Origin: Bryobacterales bacterium
Lineage (GTDB): Bacteria; Acidobacteriota; Terriglobia; Bryobacterales; UBA6623
Assembly: GCA_963422375.2 (NCBI GenBank)
Contig: OY729428.2
Location: forward strand, 1,760,001 to 1,824,000
DNA: 64,000 nucleotides
Direction: 5' to 3'
Shown: one piece after another, positions 1 to 11,379 of the stretch
How the letters are laid out: each line of letters opens with the position of its first letter
Numbering within the stretch: position 1 is the first letter of the stretch
The notes under the pieces: model-generated
What the model saw: only the letters and a program-made list of their open reading frames with translations
What the model was told of the DNA's origin: nothing
The model's database searches: none
Program-made: the position numbers and the translations under genes

Positions 1-1566
1 GACTACTACCGCATGCAGGCCGTGTTCGCCCGCACGGCTTTCGCCCGTCGCCCGCTAGCGTTCCTGCCTTCCGAATCGCAAGAGGGCCTTGTCCAGGGAA
101 GGGTGCCGTTCGACGCGCGGCTCGGTGAACTCGAGCGACGCATGCACGACCTCCACGAAGCTGCCCGGGAGAGGCTCGCGACCGAAAAGGGTGCCGAGGT
201 TGCCGCCAGGGCGTCCAGCGGCGTCCTGCAGCGCTACATGGGCAAGGAGCAGGCCGAGCTGCTGAAGCTGCTGCGCAAGCGCGTCACGATGCACAAGCTT
301 TCGATGCTGCGGTTCGAGCCGCTGGCCATGACGGTGACCAACGGCCTCGTCGCCGAGTGGGACACCGTCGCGGCGCGCAACACCTACATGCGGGCGAAGG
401 AATACGACAGTGCGAGAACTTTCGTGCTGGTGGGCGGGGACATCCAGGCGCCTTCCGAGGAGGTTGCGCCGGGGGTGCTCGCGGCTGTCGAGCGGTATTC
501 GGACCTGCCGGCCCCGCAGGTGCCCGCGTCCTCGGACGGCCGCCGCTCGGCGCTGGCTGAGTGGATCGCGGACCCGCGCAACCCGCTCACGGCCCGGGTG
601 ATGGTGAATCGCATCTGGCAGTACCATTTCGGCCGGGGACTGGCCGCGAACGCGAATAACTTCGGCAAGACTGGCAAGAAGCCGACGCACCCGGAGCTGC
701 TCGACTGGCTGGCCGGGTTCTTCGTGGACCAGGGTTGGAGCGTCAAGGCGGTGCATCGGGTGATCCTCAATTCCGAGGCGTACCGGCGGTCGAGCCAGCA
801 TCCGGCGCGCCAAGTGCTGGACCGGGCAGACCCTGACAACCGGTATCTGGCGCGATTCTCCCCGCGACGACTCCAGGCCGAGGAAATCCGCGACAGCATG
901 CTCGCTGTTGCGGGAGAGCTTAGCGCCTCGGCCGGCGGGCCCGGCACCTATCCACAGATCAACGCCGCCGTGGCCCGCCAGCCGCGTCACGCCCAAGGGA
1001 CGCTGCAGCCGCTGTACGAGGCCGAGCCGACGCGCCGGAGGCGCAACCGCCGATCCGTCTACAGCTTCCAGCAACGCAGCCTGCTGGATCCCATGGTCGA
1101 GGTGTTCAACGGCGCGAATCCCGACCTGACCTGCGAGCGGCGCGAGACCTCGACCGTGCCGACGCAGGCCTTCGCCCTGCTCAACGCCGAGCAGTCGAGG
1201 GACATGGCCCTGATCATGGCCCGCCGCTTGGCGGCGGAGCCGCCTCGGAGCCGGGTTGACCGGGCCTTTCTCCTCGCCTACGGTCGGCTGCCGACGGACG
1301 AGGAACGCGGCTGGACGACGGAATTCCTCGGGGAGATGGCCGAGCATCATGCCGCCAATCCGGTCTCGCCGAGGCGACCCCCCGACGACGTGGTGCATCA
1401 CATCACGAGCGAGCTGACGGGCGAGCGGTTCGAGTTCGTCCAGCCGGCCTACACGGGGCCCTACGAGCACAACCCGCATCCCAGTGAGGCCTCGCCCGAG
1501 ACCCGCGCCCTGGCGGATCTGACGCTGGCCCTCTTCAACTCCAACGAATTCGCCTACGTGTACTGA
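1..1566 (+). CDS. DUF1549/DUF1553 (PSD1, planctomycete cytochrome c-associated) protein, 5'-truncated by window edge
   Basis: Motifs NPLTARVMVNRIWQYHFGRGL, NNFGKTGKKPTHPELLDWLA, RRLQAEEIRDSML, C-terminal LFNSNEF; frame is open from the window start (DYYRMQAVF). Confidence 0.9.
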   Translation, partial: DYYRMQAVFARTAFARRPLAFLPSESQEGLVQGRVPFDARLGELERRMHDLHEAARERLATEKGAEVAARASSGVLQRYMGKEQAELLKLLRKRVTMHKLSMLRFEPLAMTVTNGLVAEWDTVAARNTYMRAKEYDSARTFVLVGGDIQAPSEEVAPGVLAAVERYSDLPAPQVPASSDGRRSALAEWIADPRNPLTARVMVNRIWQYHFGRGLAANANNFGKTGKKPTHPELLDWLAGFFVDQGWSVKAVHRVILNSEAYRRSSQHPARQVLDRADPDNRYLARFSPRRLQAEEIRDSMLAVAGELSASAGGPGTYPQINAAVARQPRHAQGTLQPLYEAEPTRRRRNRRSVYSFQQRSLLDPMVEVFNGANPDLTCERRETSTVPTQAFALLNAEQSRDMALIMARRLAAEPPRSRVDRAFLLAYGRLPTDEERGWTTEFLGEMAEHHAANPVSPRRPPDDVVHHITSELTGERFEFVQPAYTGPYEHNPHPSEASPETRALADLTLALFNSNEFAYVY

Positions 1567-1568
1567 TC

Positions 1569-2990
1569 ATGAAGCGCCAAGTGTTCACCGCGCGACCCTC
1601 CCGTCGCGACCTGCTGTACCACTCCGGCATGGGGCTGGGAGCCGTCGCGCTGTCGGGCATGCTTCACCGGGACAGCGCTCAGGCGAGCCCGCTCGCCGCG
1701 AAGCGCGGGCACCACGAGGCGAAGGCTAGAAACTGCATCTTTCTCCTGATGGAGGGCGGGCCGAGCCATATCGACACATTCGATCCCAAGCACAAGCTCG
1801 CCGAGCTCCACATGACGGAGTTCGTCAAGGAGCGCAACAAGTTCGAGGCGAGCATGAACACGGGCAAGCGGTACTTCGTCCGCAGCCCCTTCGAATTCCG
1901 TCGCGCCGGCGGGCTAGGGATCGAGATCAACGCCAAGCTCCGCAACTTCGCCACGTGCGTTGATGACATCTGCTTCTACCGCGGGCTTCAAGCGACTTCG
2001 GTGAACCATCCCACAGCGTTGTACCACCTGAACACGGGCAACCGCTTCGGCGGTGACCCGGCGTTCGGTTCCTGGGTGACCTACGGACTCGGCACGGAGA
2101 ATCAGAACCTGCCGGGATTCGTCGTGCTCCCCGACCTTGCGTATCCGCAGGGTGGCGCGGGCAACTGGTCCAACGGATTCCTCCCTGCGCACTACCAAGG
2201 GACTCCGTTGCGCTCGCAAGGCTCGCCGGTGCTGGACATGCGCCCGCCGGAGCACGTGACGCAGGCGCAGCAGCGAGGCACGCTCGATCTGCTCGGGAAG
2301 CTGAATCGCAGGCACATGGAGCGCCATCCGGACCACGACGACCTCGCCGCTCGGATCGAAAGCTACGAGCTTGCGTTTCGCATGCAGGCCGAGATGCCGG
2401 AGGCGATCGACATCGACTCGGAGCCCGAAGCGACCAAGGCCCTGTACGGCGTCGGATCGGACGATTTCGAGGTCGATTCCATCGGGCGGCGCTGCCTGCT
2501 CGCCCGGCGCTTGGTCGAGCGGGGGGTCCGGTTCGTGCAGGTTATGGTCGCCGGATGGGACTCGCACGACTACATCGAAAAGGCCCACGGAACTAGGCTC
2601 GACTCGATCGACCGGCCCGTTTCCGGCCTGCTCAAGGATCTCAAGCGCACGGGCTTGCTGGATGAGACCTTGGTCGTCTGGTCCGGCGAGTTCGGTCGGT
2701 CGCCGGACAATGGAATTCGCGGAGGCGGTGCGGCTTGGGGCCGCGACCACAACGCTCCGGCCATGGCCTTCTGGATGGCGGGGGGCGGAGCGCCGCAGGG
2801 CCGGATCGTCGGAGCGACGGACGAGACCGGGCGGACCGCCGTCGAGGTGGTGCATCCGATCCGGGACATGCACGTCACTCTGCTGCACCTGCTCGGCTTG
2901 GATGATGCTAGGCTGACGTACTTCGCCCAAGGCCGGGACAAGCAGCTGAGCCAGACGGGCGGGGAACCCATTAGGGAATTGGTGGCATAG
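1569..2990 (+). CDS. DUF1501 family protein (Tat-like RR leader)
   Basis: SRRDLL leader, GGPSHIDTFDPK, LLARRLVERGVRFVQ, WDSH, GEFGRSP, GRDHN. Confidence 0.92.
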   Translation: MKRQVFTARPSRRDLLYHSGMGLGAVALSGMLHRDSAQASPLAAKRGHHEAKARNCIFLLMEGGPSHIDTFDPKHKLAELHMTEFVKERNKFEASMNTGKRYFVRSPFEFRRAGGLGIEINAKLRNFATCVDDICFYRGLQATSVNHPTALYHLNTGNRFGGDPAFGSWVTYGLGTENQNLPGFVVLPDLAYPQGGAGNWSNGFLPAHYQGTPLRSQGSPVLDMRPPEHVTQAQQRGTLDLLGKLNRRHMERHPDHDDLAARIESYELAFRMQAEMPEAIDIDSEPEATKALYGVGSDDFEVDSIGRRCLLARRLVERGVRFVQVMVAGWDSHDYIEKAHGTRLDSIDRPVSGLLKDLKRTGLLDETLVVWSGEFGRSPDNGIRGGGAAWGRDHNAPAMAFWMAGGGAPQGRIVGATDETGRTAVEVVHPIRDMHVTLLHLLGLDDARLTYFAQGRDKQLSQTGGEPIRELVA

Positions 2991-3260
2991 CGTCGCCCCG
3001 GCGAAGGCTAGTCCAGGCTTCTAGGGCTCCTCGATACCGCAGGACGGGCCGTTCACGAGTCGGCTCCGGGACGGGCGGCGCTGCCCCTCCGAGTGCAGTC
3101 GGCAAGTCGGTTCCTCCCGGCAGGTGCCCGGGGTGCCCGCCGAAGTCCCGGCGGACCTGCAGTCATCCGGGGCAGTATTTCCGGCGGCCGAGCATTTCTC
3201 TAGAATCGGCCCAGTAGCGGGTTGGCGCAGCGCGACCGGATTGTGTCCAGCCGGCCTTCG

Positions 3261-3278
3261 CCCCCCCCCCCCCCCCCC
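3261..3278. repeat. C18 homopolymer tract (intergenic)
   Basis: 18 consecutive C read directly from the sequence. Confidence 0.9.
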
Positions 3279-3856
3279 GCACCGCGGGCGCTGAGCTCCC
3301 GCCGACCCTCCTTGGCGCCCGGCCCCTGCCGAGCCCGTCCTAGCCAGAAGGAACTAACGGAGCCCACTTCGGAGAGGCTGTGTGGTGCGTCTGGGGTTTT
3401 CTGGCTCGGCGAGGGGGTCCTCCGCTCCCCTTCGAGGACGGAACTCGCCGCTGCCCAACGCCAATGCACGCTTCGACCGCGAAAGTGAGGGATTTTGAGC
3501 AGGCTATGCGATTACGGCATGAGCTTGACGGCTGAGCCTGGATTACGCCGAGGGAATCAGGCTAGCGCCCTCCGCCCGCTGGCAGCCCGTGGAAGACCGC
3601 TCGCGCTCCTCACTCCGAGGGGTGACCCCTGCTGGGAGCAGAGCGCAGTGAACCTCAGGTCTGCCCGATCTCGGGGCGACAGGGACGGTAGTGTGCAGCG
3701 CCGGCACGCGTAGCCGCTCGACTGGTGACCGCCCGACCGAGGGGCTCGGCTGATCGCCGACTCGGGATCAGGGGGTGGAGTCTCAGGACGCGCCGACTCC
3801 CAACGAAACATCGCATCCCCCTCGTGCGTCGAATCACACACCAACGGAGGAGTTGC

Positions 3857-5638
3857 ATGACCTCAGCCTCTCAATCAGAACTGTTTCGGCTCGCCGCTTC
3901 GGTCGATCGCGACTGCCCGGACCCAGCGGCCGAGATTCTGGCGCGCGATGCTCTGGAGTGGGCGGCGAGAGATGTCTGCAGCCCTCTCCCGCCTTCGTCG
4001 AGCATGATGCAGCCGTTTTCCTTTCGGTCCGGCAACGCCAGATGCACCGTCGCCCGGGCAACTGAGGATGACCTCGACCTGTGGGCGATGAGGACGGACG
4101 CGCCGGACGCCAAGTTTCCGGAACTCATCCGCAGCACTGAGGTGGTCGTCGAACACCGTGCCGGTGGGGGCACCGCGCTCACTGTTCGTCAGCTTGTGGA
4201 CCGCAATCAGCACAATTTCGCACTCCTTCCGGAAGTCCCGGGTTTCGTGCATTCGGCGAGCACGCGAATTCCCCTCGTCGTGGGGAACGACAAACTCAAC
4301 TCCAAGCCTTGGACGGTCGATTCGGCGGAGGGCTGCTGGAATCTGATTGAGACACTCCTTGACAACGACAGGGCTTTCCCAGTCGTGATTGTGACCGAGC
4401 TTGGCGCGGGATCGGCGACTGCATCCCTGATACCGATTGCCCCGGAGCCGCTGGCTCGCGCAACAGTCGGATTGGCGACTGTTGTCGTGCTGGCGCAAGC
4501 ATACACGCACCAGTTGACGGACCACGTTGGCCGGAATCTCTCGGTGTTCGGAGGCGGCGCCCGAATCTACCGCCCCGGATTCGATCACGGGGCGGATCGG
4601 AATGTGCATAAGCTGTGGCTTCCTGAAAGGCTCAAAGAGGCATCATCTCGAGCACAGGCTATTGCTGAAATTCGTCGCATCGCCGCCAAGGACAGCAGGG
4701 AACGATTCCGCAACGACTTGATTGCGTTTGGCGATGTGCAGGCGAGATGTGCAGACACCGATCAGCCCACTCTTGGCTCGGCGAGATCCAATGCGTTGAA
4801 GAATGTGGCCGAAGGATTCTCGCGTCGGATTCAAGCTGCAATCGCTGGGCTTGTACGCGTGGTAGGTCCCACGAAGGCAGCTATTGAACTCGAAGGAGCG
4901 AGAATCCGTATCACGGACCTGCAGAGCCGGAACGAAGCGCTGGAGCAGCGGATCGCGCGAATCGTCGCTGATCACGAGAAGACATCCGTCGAACTCGTGA
5001 AGTCGAAGAGTCAGATTGACGGCCTGCAGGCTCAGGCCGCTAAGTCGAGGCGGGCCATCAAGTCCATGCAGTCCGAGCGGAAGCAATTGGAAGGGACGAT
5101 CAGCTGGCTTTCACGGGAGCACGACGTTGCCGAGAAGCAGGGCAAGAAAACTCGGGCGGAGGTGTCCAAGGTAGTCCAGCGCAACAAGACGCTGGAGCGA
5201 CAGATCGCGCTGATCGTCCCGGACTGGGAGCGTGACCTCCCGGTGGCATGGGAGGAGTTTCCCGCTTGGTGCGAAGACGCGTTAGCAGGCAGAGTCATGC
5301 TCTTGGAGCAAGCGAAGCGCGAGATCAAGAAGGCTAGATTCGGCGATGTCGTGCTGGGCGCTCGCGGCGTTCTCTGGCTTGGGAGGGACTACAGGGCGCG
5401 ACGCAGAAACGGAGGGAACGGCGATCTTCTCGGGCCGATCCTTGACGGCAAGCTGTTCAACGCCCGATGCGGGAACACGAGGTTCTCCGTGTCGTGGTGC
5501 GGGCGGCAGATGCCGGTGGACTGGCATCTCAAGAACGGCGGCAACACGCACGATCCGACTCGGTGCCTCCGCATCTACTATCTATGGGACGATGTTAACG
5601 ACCAAGTTGTGATCGTCTCCATGCCTGCCCACCGCTAG
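3857..5638 (+). CDS. Conserved hypothetical protein: N-terminal alpha/beta domain, central coiled coil, C-terminal HLKxG..DPxRCLRIYY domain
   Basis: GGAGGAG RBS just before ATG 3857; protein-like composition; heptad-rich segment ELEGARIRITDLQSRNEALEQRI...; somewhat lower GC than neighbours. Confidence 0.8.
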   Translation: MTSASQSELFRLAASVDRDCPDPAAEILARDALEWAARDVCSPLPPSSSMMQPFSFRSGNARCTVARATEDDLDLWAMRTDAPDAKFPELIRSTEVVVEHRAGGGTALTVRQLVDRNQHNFALLPEVPGFVHSASTRIPLVVGNDKLNSKPWTVDSAEGCWNLIETLLDNDRAFPVVIVTELGAGSATASLIPIAPEPLARATVGLATVVVLAQAYTHQLTDHVGRNLSVFGGGARIYRPGFDHGADRNVHKLWLPERLKEASSRAQAIAEIRRIAAKDSRERFRNDLIAFGDVQARCADTDQPTLGSARSNALKNVAEGFSRRIQAAIAGLVRVVGPTKAAIELEGARIRITDLQSRNEALEQRIARIVADHEKTSVELVKSKSQIDGLQAQAAKSRRAIKSMQSERKQLEGTISWLSREHDVAEKQGKKTRAEVSKVVQRNKTLERQIALIVPDWERDLPVAWEEFPAWCEDALAGRVMLLEQAKREIKKARFGDVVLGARGVLWLGRDYRARRRNGGNGDLLGPILDGKLFNARCGNTRFSVSWCGRQMPVDWHLKNGGNTHDPTRCLRIYYLWDDVNDQVVIVSMPAHR

Positions 5639-6171
5639 GTGCCGGACCGAGCACCGGTACGGTGCATTTCCCGCCAGTGCTACACGAATGCTGACCTGAT
5701 CGGCGTCCGAGCCACGGGGTTGCCGATCATCTTGGACTGGAGTGTCGCTCAAGCGGTCCACCATAGAGGGGGGCTGACGGCCGCGCTCTAGCGAGGCTTC
5801 AACTCCGGCCAGTGAGTGACGGAACCTCCAGAAATAACGGGGTCGATGGGCGCTGGCCCGGCCATCTACGAGACACCGCCGTGAAGAGACTCGCGGGCGA
5901 GTACGAAGTTGCCAAGGGAGTCTGCTGGATGTACACGTGTGGGGCTTGTCGGGCCTTGGTTCGGAACATTGATCGCTTGGCATTGGGTTGGTCTTCGGAT
6001 TGACTAGCAAGAATCCTCCGCGTATCACCGTCGGATCCATTGATCAACCGGCGCGGCATGCCTAGCCCGCGACAGCATCAAGGAACCGCCTCGGGATGTT
6101 CATCAAGCCTCTAGATCGCACATCAAATGGGGCTCCTATCACCGACTATACGTCGGGGTGATTTTAGTTTG

Positions 6172-6586
6172 TGGAATCATTTATCTGAGTGTCTAAGCAG
6201 CCAATGCGGCGAAATAATTAAGGCATCAGATAATCTCATATTTCTTCCCTATATCTGGTGATATTCGGTGGATTATCTTGGTAGAATAGTCTTAGTATAT
6301 GAGTCTATAAATGAAGAAGATATGTCGTAGAAAGGGAATTTGTAAAATCATCACTTTATCCAAATGATCGCCATGTTTCCCGATGACGAATCCACGGAAA
6401 CATGGTTCGCCCCCATGCGCTGGCCGAACGGCCCGTGTGCTCCCTCTGCCTCGGCTCCGGCGTGCAGTCCGGCACGGCCCACCCTTCGATGCCGAACCGT
6501 TGATCCGGCTGCGGCAAGCGCTTCTCGGTGCGCACCGGCAGCGTGATGGCCGACACCGAGCTCGGCTACCGCATTTGGGCCATGGC
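6172..6586 (+). mobile_element. Degenerate, truncated IS1595-family element (lineage A, copy A0): left end plus 5' transposase remnant
   Basis: TGGAATCATTTATCTGAGTG resembles the lineage A TIR GGGAATTATATATCTGAGTG; remnant MIAMFPDDESTETWF..MRWPNGP matches copies at 8285, 21871 and 41863. Confidence 0.8.
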
Positions 6587-6693
6587 CCAGCGATTCTCAA
6601 TTTGGGCATTTGGGATTTCCAGAGTGTCTGAGAAAGGTGTCGAAGGCAGTCTGGCACTTGACTTTTGCTAGCGGAATGTGTGAGCTAGGGTGA

Positions 6694-8030
6694 ATGCCCC
6701 ATGTCCTGGACGCGCTGCTGAGCGCCTTCCGCGAGACGGCCGCCGGCCGGCCCGACCGGCGCGACGGTCGCCGCAACAAGCGCTACGAGGTCAGCGACGC
6801 CGCCGGTTGCGCCCCGGCCTGCTTCTTCACCCGGTGCGAGTCGTTCCTCGCGTTCCAGCGGCGCATGGAGCGGGACGGCTCGCGCTCCAACTGCCGGACC
6901 CTGTTCGGCGTGGGCCGCATCCCCTGCGACAACCGGATCCGCAACTTGCTCGACGATCTCGACCCGGCCGCGTGCGACCCGCTGTTCCGGCCGTGCCTCG
7001 CAACCGTGGCCGCGCAGGGCGCGCTCGAGCCCTTCCAGCGCCTCGACGAGCGCCTGCCGGCGGCTCCGGACGGCGTCCGGTTCCACCGCTCCGACAGGGT
7101 GCATTGCCCGCAGTGCTCGGTGCGGCGCGCCGGCAGCGAGCGCCGGCCGCATCACTTCCACGCCATGGCCGTCGGCCACGCCACGGTCCTGCCGCTGATG
7201 CCCGAGTTCGCGTGCCCGCAGCAGGACGCGGCCGCGACCCGCGCCGACATGAGCGAGGACGAGCGCAAGCAGGACTGCGAGCGCAACGCCGCCAAGCGCT
7301 GGCTCGCCGCTCAGGGCGCCTGGCTGCAGGCCTACCGCCCCGTCCTGCTGGGCGACGACCTGCACTGCTGCCAGCCGGTCTGCGAGGCCGCCGCGGCGGC
7401 CGGCATGGACTGCATCCGGGTATGCAAGCCCGGATCCCGCAAGCACTTGCACGAGGTGCCGGAGAGCCGGCGGGCGAGCGGCGCGGTGCGCTCGACCGGC
7501 TGGCTGCCGCGGCGCGGGAAGGGCAAGCGGTCCGAGCGGCACCGTTTCCGCCGGACGGCCGCGGTGCCCCTGCGCAAGGGCCGCGACGCCCTGCGGGGCA
7601 CTTGGATCGAGTACGCCGTGGAGCGCGACGGCAAGCGCACCTGCGCCAGCAGCTTCTTCGCCAGTCTCGCGGTCACCGCGGACAACCGCGGACAACGCGG
7701 AGCGGATCGCGCGCGCCGGCCGGGCGCGCTGGAAGATCGAGAACGAGGGCTGCAACTGCCTGGCGCGGCACGGCCGCAACTGCAAGCGCAACTTCGGGCA
7801 CGGCAAGGAAGGGCCGGCCAACGTGCCGGCCGTGCCGAACCCGTTCGCCTTCGCGCTCCGCGCCGTGGTGCAGTGCGTCTGCGCGCTGCGGCAGCAGTGC
7901 CGGCGCCAGCCGGTCACGCGCCGCGCCCTGTTCCGGGAGCTGCAGGTCGCGCTGCGCTGGTTCCGCTTCCCGGACCGGCCGACGCTGCTGGCAGCGGTGC
8001 GCGACGGACGCGCGCCTCCGGGCTGCCAGG
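6694..8030 (+). pseudogene. ISNCY-like transposase pseudogene (frameshift near 7685; 3' end approximate)
   Basis: FFTRCESFLAFQR, TLFGVGRIPCDNRIRNLLD, KQDCERNAAKRWL, LLGDDL; continues in another frame as GRARWKIENEG..HNFGHG-like; 10-bp duplication at 7675-7694. Confidence 0.85.
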
Positions 8031-8284
8031 CGGCCGGGGCCTGGATTCCGCGCAGTTTCGTGCCGGCAGCGTCCGGCCAGCGGCCGGCCGTCAAAGCCGG
8101 CTACCGCCGGAGTACGTCCGGCCGCGGGCTCGGCACTCCGCGGACCCGCGACGCGAGCCGCTCCACGGCCCTGCCCGCCGTCCGACGCTCCCGCGGGGCG
8201 GCCTCGGGAGCGCAACCTCTCGGTCAACTTATTCACCTCATCCTCCGAAACAACGTTCACGCACCCCCTTGACGGCTAAATTTA

Positions 8285-9433
8285 GGGAATTATATATCTG
8301 AGTGCCGAGGCAACCGATTTTGCAAATTATCAGTCCATAAATTAATTTCATATTTCTTCCAGAGATCTGTTGAAAGTCGGTGGATTATTTTGATAGAATA
8401 GTTCCAATATATGAGGTCGTATATGAAGCAGAAAGGTCCCGGGAAGTGGTTTCGTAAAGGCATCACTCTGATTGAAGTGATCGCCATATTCCGCGATGAC
8501 GAATCCGCGGAAAAGTGGTTCGCCTCCATGCGCTGGACCGACGGTCCGGTATGCCCCTTCTGCCGCGGCTCCAGCGTGCAGTCCGGCACGGCCCACCCTT
8601 CGATGCCGTACCGTTGCCGCGGCTGCGGCAGGCGCTTTTCCGTGCGCACCGGCAGCGTGATGGCCGACACCAAGCTCGGCTACCGCACCCGGGCCGTCGC
8701 CCTGTTCCTGCTGACTACCGGCATCAAGGGCGTCTCAAGTATGAAGTCAGGCACTCCGGCGGCGAGTACGTGCGCGGGGCAGCGCATGCGAACGGCATCG
8801 AATCGTTTGGGTCCCTGTTCAAGCGCGGCCTGTACGGAACCTATCACCGGATGAGCGTCCGTCATCTCGGCCGCTACCTGACGGAGTTCGCGGGACGGTG
8901 CAACGACCGCGACTGCGACACGGCGGAACGGATGCGGCGCATGGCGCGGGGCCTGGTCGGCCGGACGCTGACCTACCGGCAGCTGACCGGCAAGGCCGCG
9001 GTCGCGGCCCGAGCGGCGCCCTCCGAGCTGAGCGCCGCAGCCCGCTGCCGACGCACTCTTCACGCTCGATGCGCTTCACGCTCGGTGCGAGGGTCGCGCC
9101 GGCTCTGGAATCCCCCGGCGCGACCCGCGTCCGGCCCGGACCGTCCATGCAGGCCGTCGAGCGCCGGGGATCCGCTGTCTTCGGCCCTCGGAGGGCACGC
9201 AAGCGGCTTGCAAGGGGTGCCCTCCACCGCCAACCGGATTCCACCGGGGCATGCGAGGGGGCCTCTCTTATCCGTGCCTCGTCCATTCCGCTGGCAGGTT
9301 CGATTCAGATACGATCCCACTTTTCCGTGCCTACCGCGGCCGCATTCGAATGACCCCAGCCAGACGCCGACCTCCCTGCTCAGAGCAGTTCTCGTCGGAC
9401 ATGGCGTTGTCGGCACTCAGATATATAATTCCC
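8285..9433 (+). mobile_element. IS1595-family element A1 (ISNwi1-like ends), internally deleted transposase
   Basis: TIR GGGAATTATATATCTGAGTGCCGA at both ends; 8-bp TSD TAAATTTA (8277-8284, 9434-9441); Zn ribbon CPFC..CRGC; about 370 bp missing near 8746 relative to A2. Confidence 0.92.
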
Positions 9434-9451
9434 TAAATTTAGAACCGCTGG

Positions 9452-10200
9452 TGTATGCCGCAAGGCCCGAAGACTCCGACGAATCCTCGAACTGTCCATT
9501 CCCCAAGTTCCGATAGAGCGTCGGCGCCTGCCCTCGGTACTTGTTGGGGTGGCAGTAGGAGCGGTATCCGGGCCGTCGCTCGCCGCAATGCAAGTTCCCT
9601 TCGGTGGACCAATCCAAGTAATTGGCGATCGCGAGGTCGAGCAGCCCGTCAAGGTCGTAATCGAACCACGCTGCGCTCGTCCCCCACTTGCCTTGATTGG
9701 ATGTACCGGCCTCTCGGTGACATCGCGAAACGTCCCATCCCCTTCGTTCCGGAGCAGGACCGACCGCCCATAGCCGCTTACGGCCAAGTCCGTGTCCCCG
9801 TCGTTGTCGAAGTCGCCCGCGGCTAGGCCCATCGCGAACAGGTGTTCCAGCCCGACTCCAGTTCCGGGCCCGGCCACCTCGAATTTCCCATCCCCGATTG
9901 CTCGATAAAGAGCACCGACTAACGGGCTGGGCGGATCGAACTTGTCTGTAGCCGCACTGTTGGCCAGATACAGATCAAGGTTGCGGTCCCCGTCATAATC
10001 GAGCCACGCGGCCCCGCCCCCCATAGTCTCGATCAGGTACTTGTCAGCAGTCGCGGCGTTCTCGTGAACGAAGTCGATTCCTGATTCCCGCGTTACGTCA
10101 ACGAATTCGACAGTCGCCCGCGCCAACGCGTCCTGGCAATTCGCGGGAGGCGTAGCGTGCCATGCGGACGCGCCAGCGAGCAGCAGCCGGATCGCGACCT
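9452..10200 (-). pseudogene. CRTAC1/ASPIC-UnbV (FG-GAP repeat) protein, frameshifted and 3'-truncated by IS; start approximate
   Basis: FVDVTRESGIDFVH, KYLIETMGGGAAWLDYDGD, GDFDNDGDTDL, LYRNLGNGQFED; 1-bp frameshift near 9711; ends at the IS boundary 9451. Confidence 0.85.
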
Positions 10201-10789
10201 GCCGCCCCCGGCCAAACCGTGGCACTGGGCTACCGGTCGCGAGCAGTTGCAAGCAGGCGCGCGATGCATAGTAGGCAAGATGTCCGTGCCGAGTCTGGCG
10301 TCTCGGCGGGGCGGTGGCCGTCTTAGTCCGCATGTTGAAGTGTTGGAGACCGCTGCAATCAGCGCGTCGAACCTATCCAGTCGTTCAGTCTGTCGCGTTT
10401 CGTCGGAATGGCCCGGCCGGGCAGGGCCACCCGAGGCTCGGGCAGGTCGGGGGGCTGGTGGCGACGAACGGACCGCGAGTGTCTCCGCCCGCGCACTGTC
10501 TCTAAGAGTCGGTCGCGACCCATGGTGTCCGACCATCGCGGGAAGTCCGAGTCTTTGAACGGCTGCAAGGCAAGGTCTCAATCCCGAAAACCCCCAGGAC
10601 AATCTCTGTGAATCAGAAGAAAAGCTCGCCTGCGTCTGATGCTCTCCTCGCGAAGACATCGGGACGGTGGCACACGCTGAAAGGTGCGTGTTGCCCAGCG
10701 AAGCGTTCATTCTTGGGGGATGTAGTCGAATCGAAGTGCCGGGGACTACCCTCGATTCCCGCCAGAATCCGCCTTAGAAGCCAACTCGG

Positions 10790-10831
10790 CTGGCACCGAG
10801 GGGCCTGCCGACCAGACCCCCTCGGTGCCAG
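10790..10831 (-). terminator. 14-bp GC stem-loop 22 bp downstream of the TonB receptor stop
   Basis: CTGGCACCGAGGGG ... CCCCTCGGTGCCAG perfect inverted repeat; no clear U-tract. Confidence 0.5.
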
Positions 10832-11379
10832 GCTCGTTCAGGAGCAATGGGGTCAGAAGACGACCTTGACTCCGAACTGGATGTTCCGTGCGCCGAACGT
10901 GCTGGCGACTCGCCCGAAATTGCCGCTCTGCAGGCTGCCGTTCACCGAGCCTAGGTTGACGTGGTTGAAGACGTTGAAGAACTCCGCCCGCAGGTCGATA
11001 CGACCGCCCTCGCCGAGCAGCGGCACGCGAATCTGCCGTAGAAGGTTCAGGTCCGCGTTGGCGAAGCCCGGGTTTGTGAAGGTGTTGCGTCCCAGCGTGC
11101 CCGGGCGGACGGACTGCAGTTTCGGGAAATCCGCCGCGGTGAACAGGCCGTTTATGTAGTGCTTGTGACAAAACCATGATATTTTGGGGATTCTAGCTGA
11201 TAGATCCCGACCAAATGATAGCTATGGAAGAAACAAGCTGTGCCAATTAACCGCACTCATTGCCTTATATTCCATTTTCATTGTGAGGATACAGTTAGTT
11301 CTGTTCTAGTTGTACACTTTTCCTGAACCTTGTCTCTTCAAGGTTTCAATTCAGGGCAATTCAGATCGCTGCAGACTGC

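Larger units (their letters stand above)
6587..9451 (+). mobile_element. ISNCY-like DDE element whose right TIR is split by IS1595 copy A1
   Basis: Left TIR CCAGCGATTCTCAATTT (6587); right TIR, once A1 and one TSD are removed, reads CCAGCGGTTCTAAATTT on the minus strand from 9451; no TSD. Confidence 0.75.

Noticed and set aside
6138..6170. Hairpin ATCACCGAC..GTCGGGGTGAT followed by a T-rich run as a terminator
   Set aside because: Bulged stem about 500 bp from the nearest gene; support is too weak.
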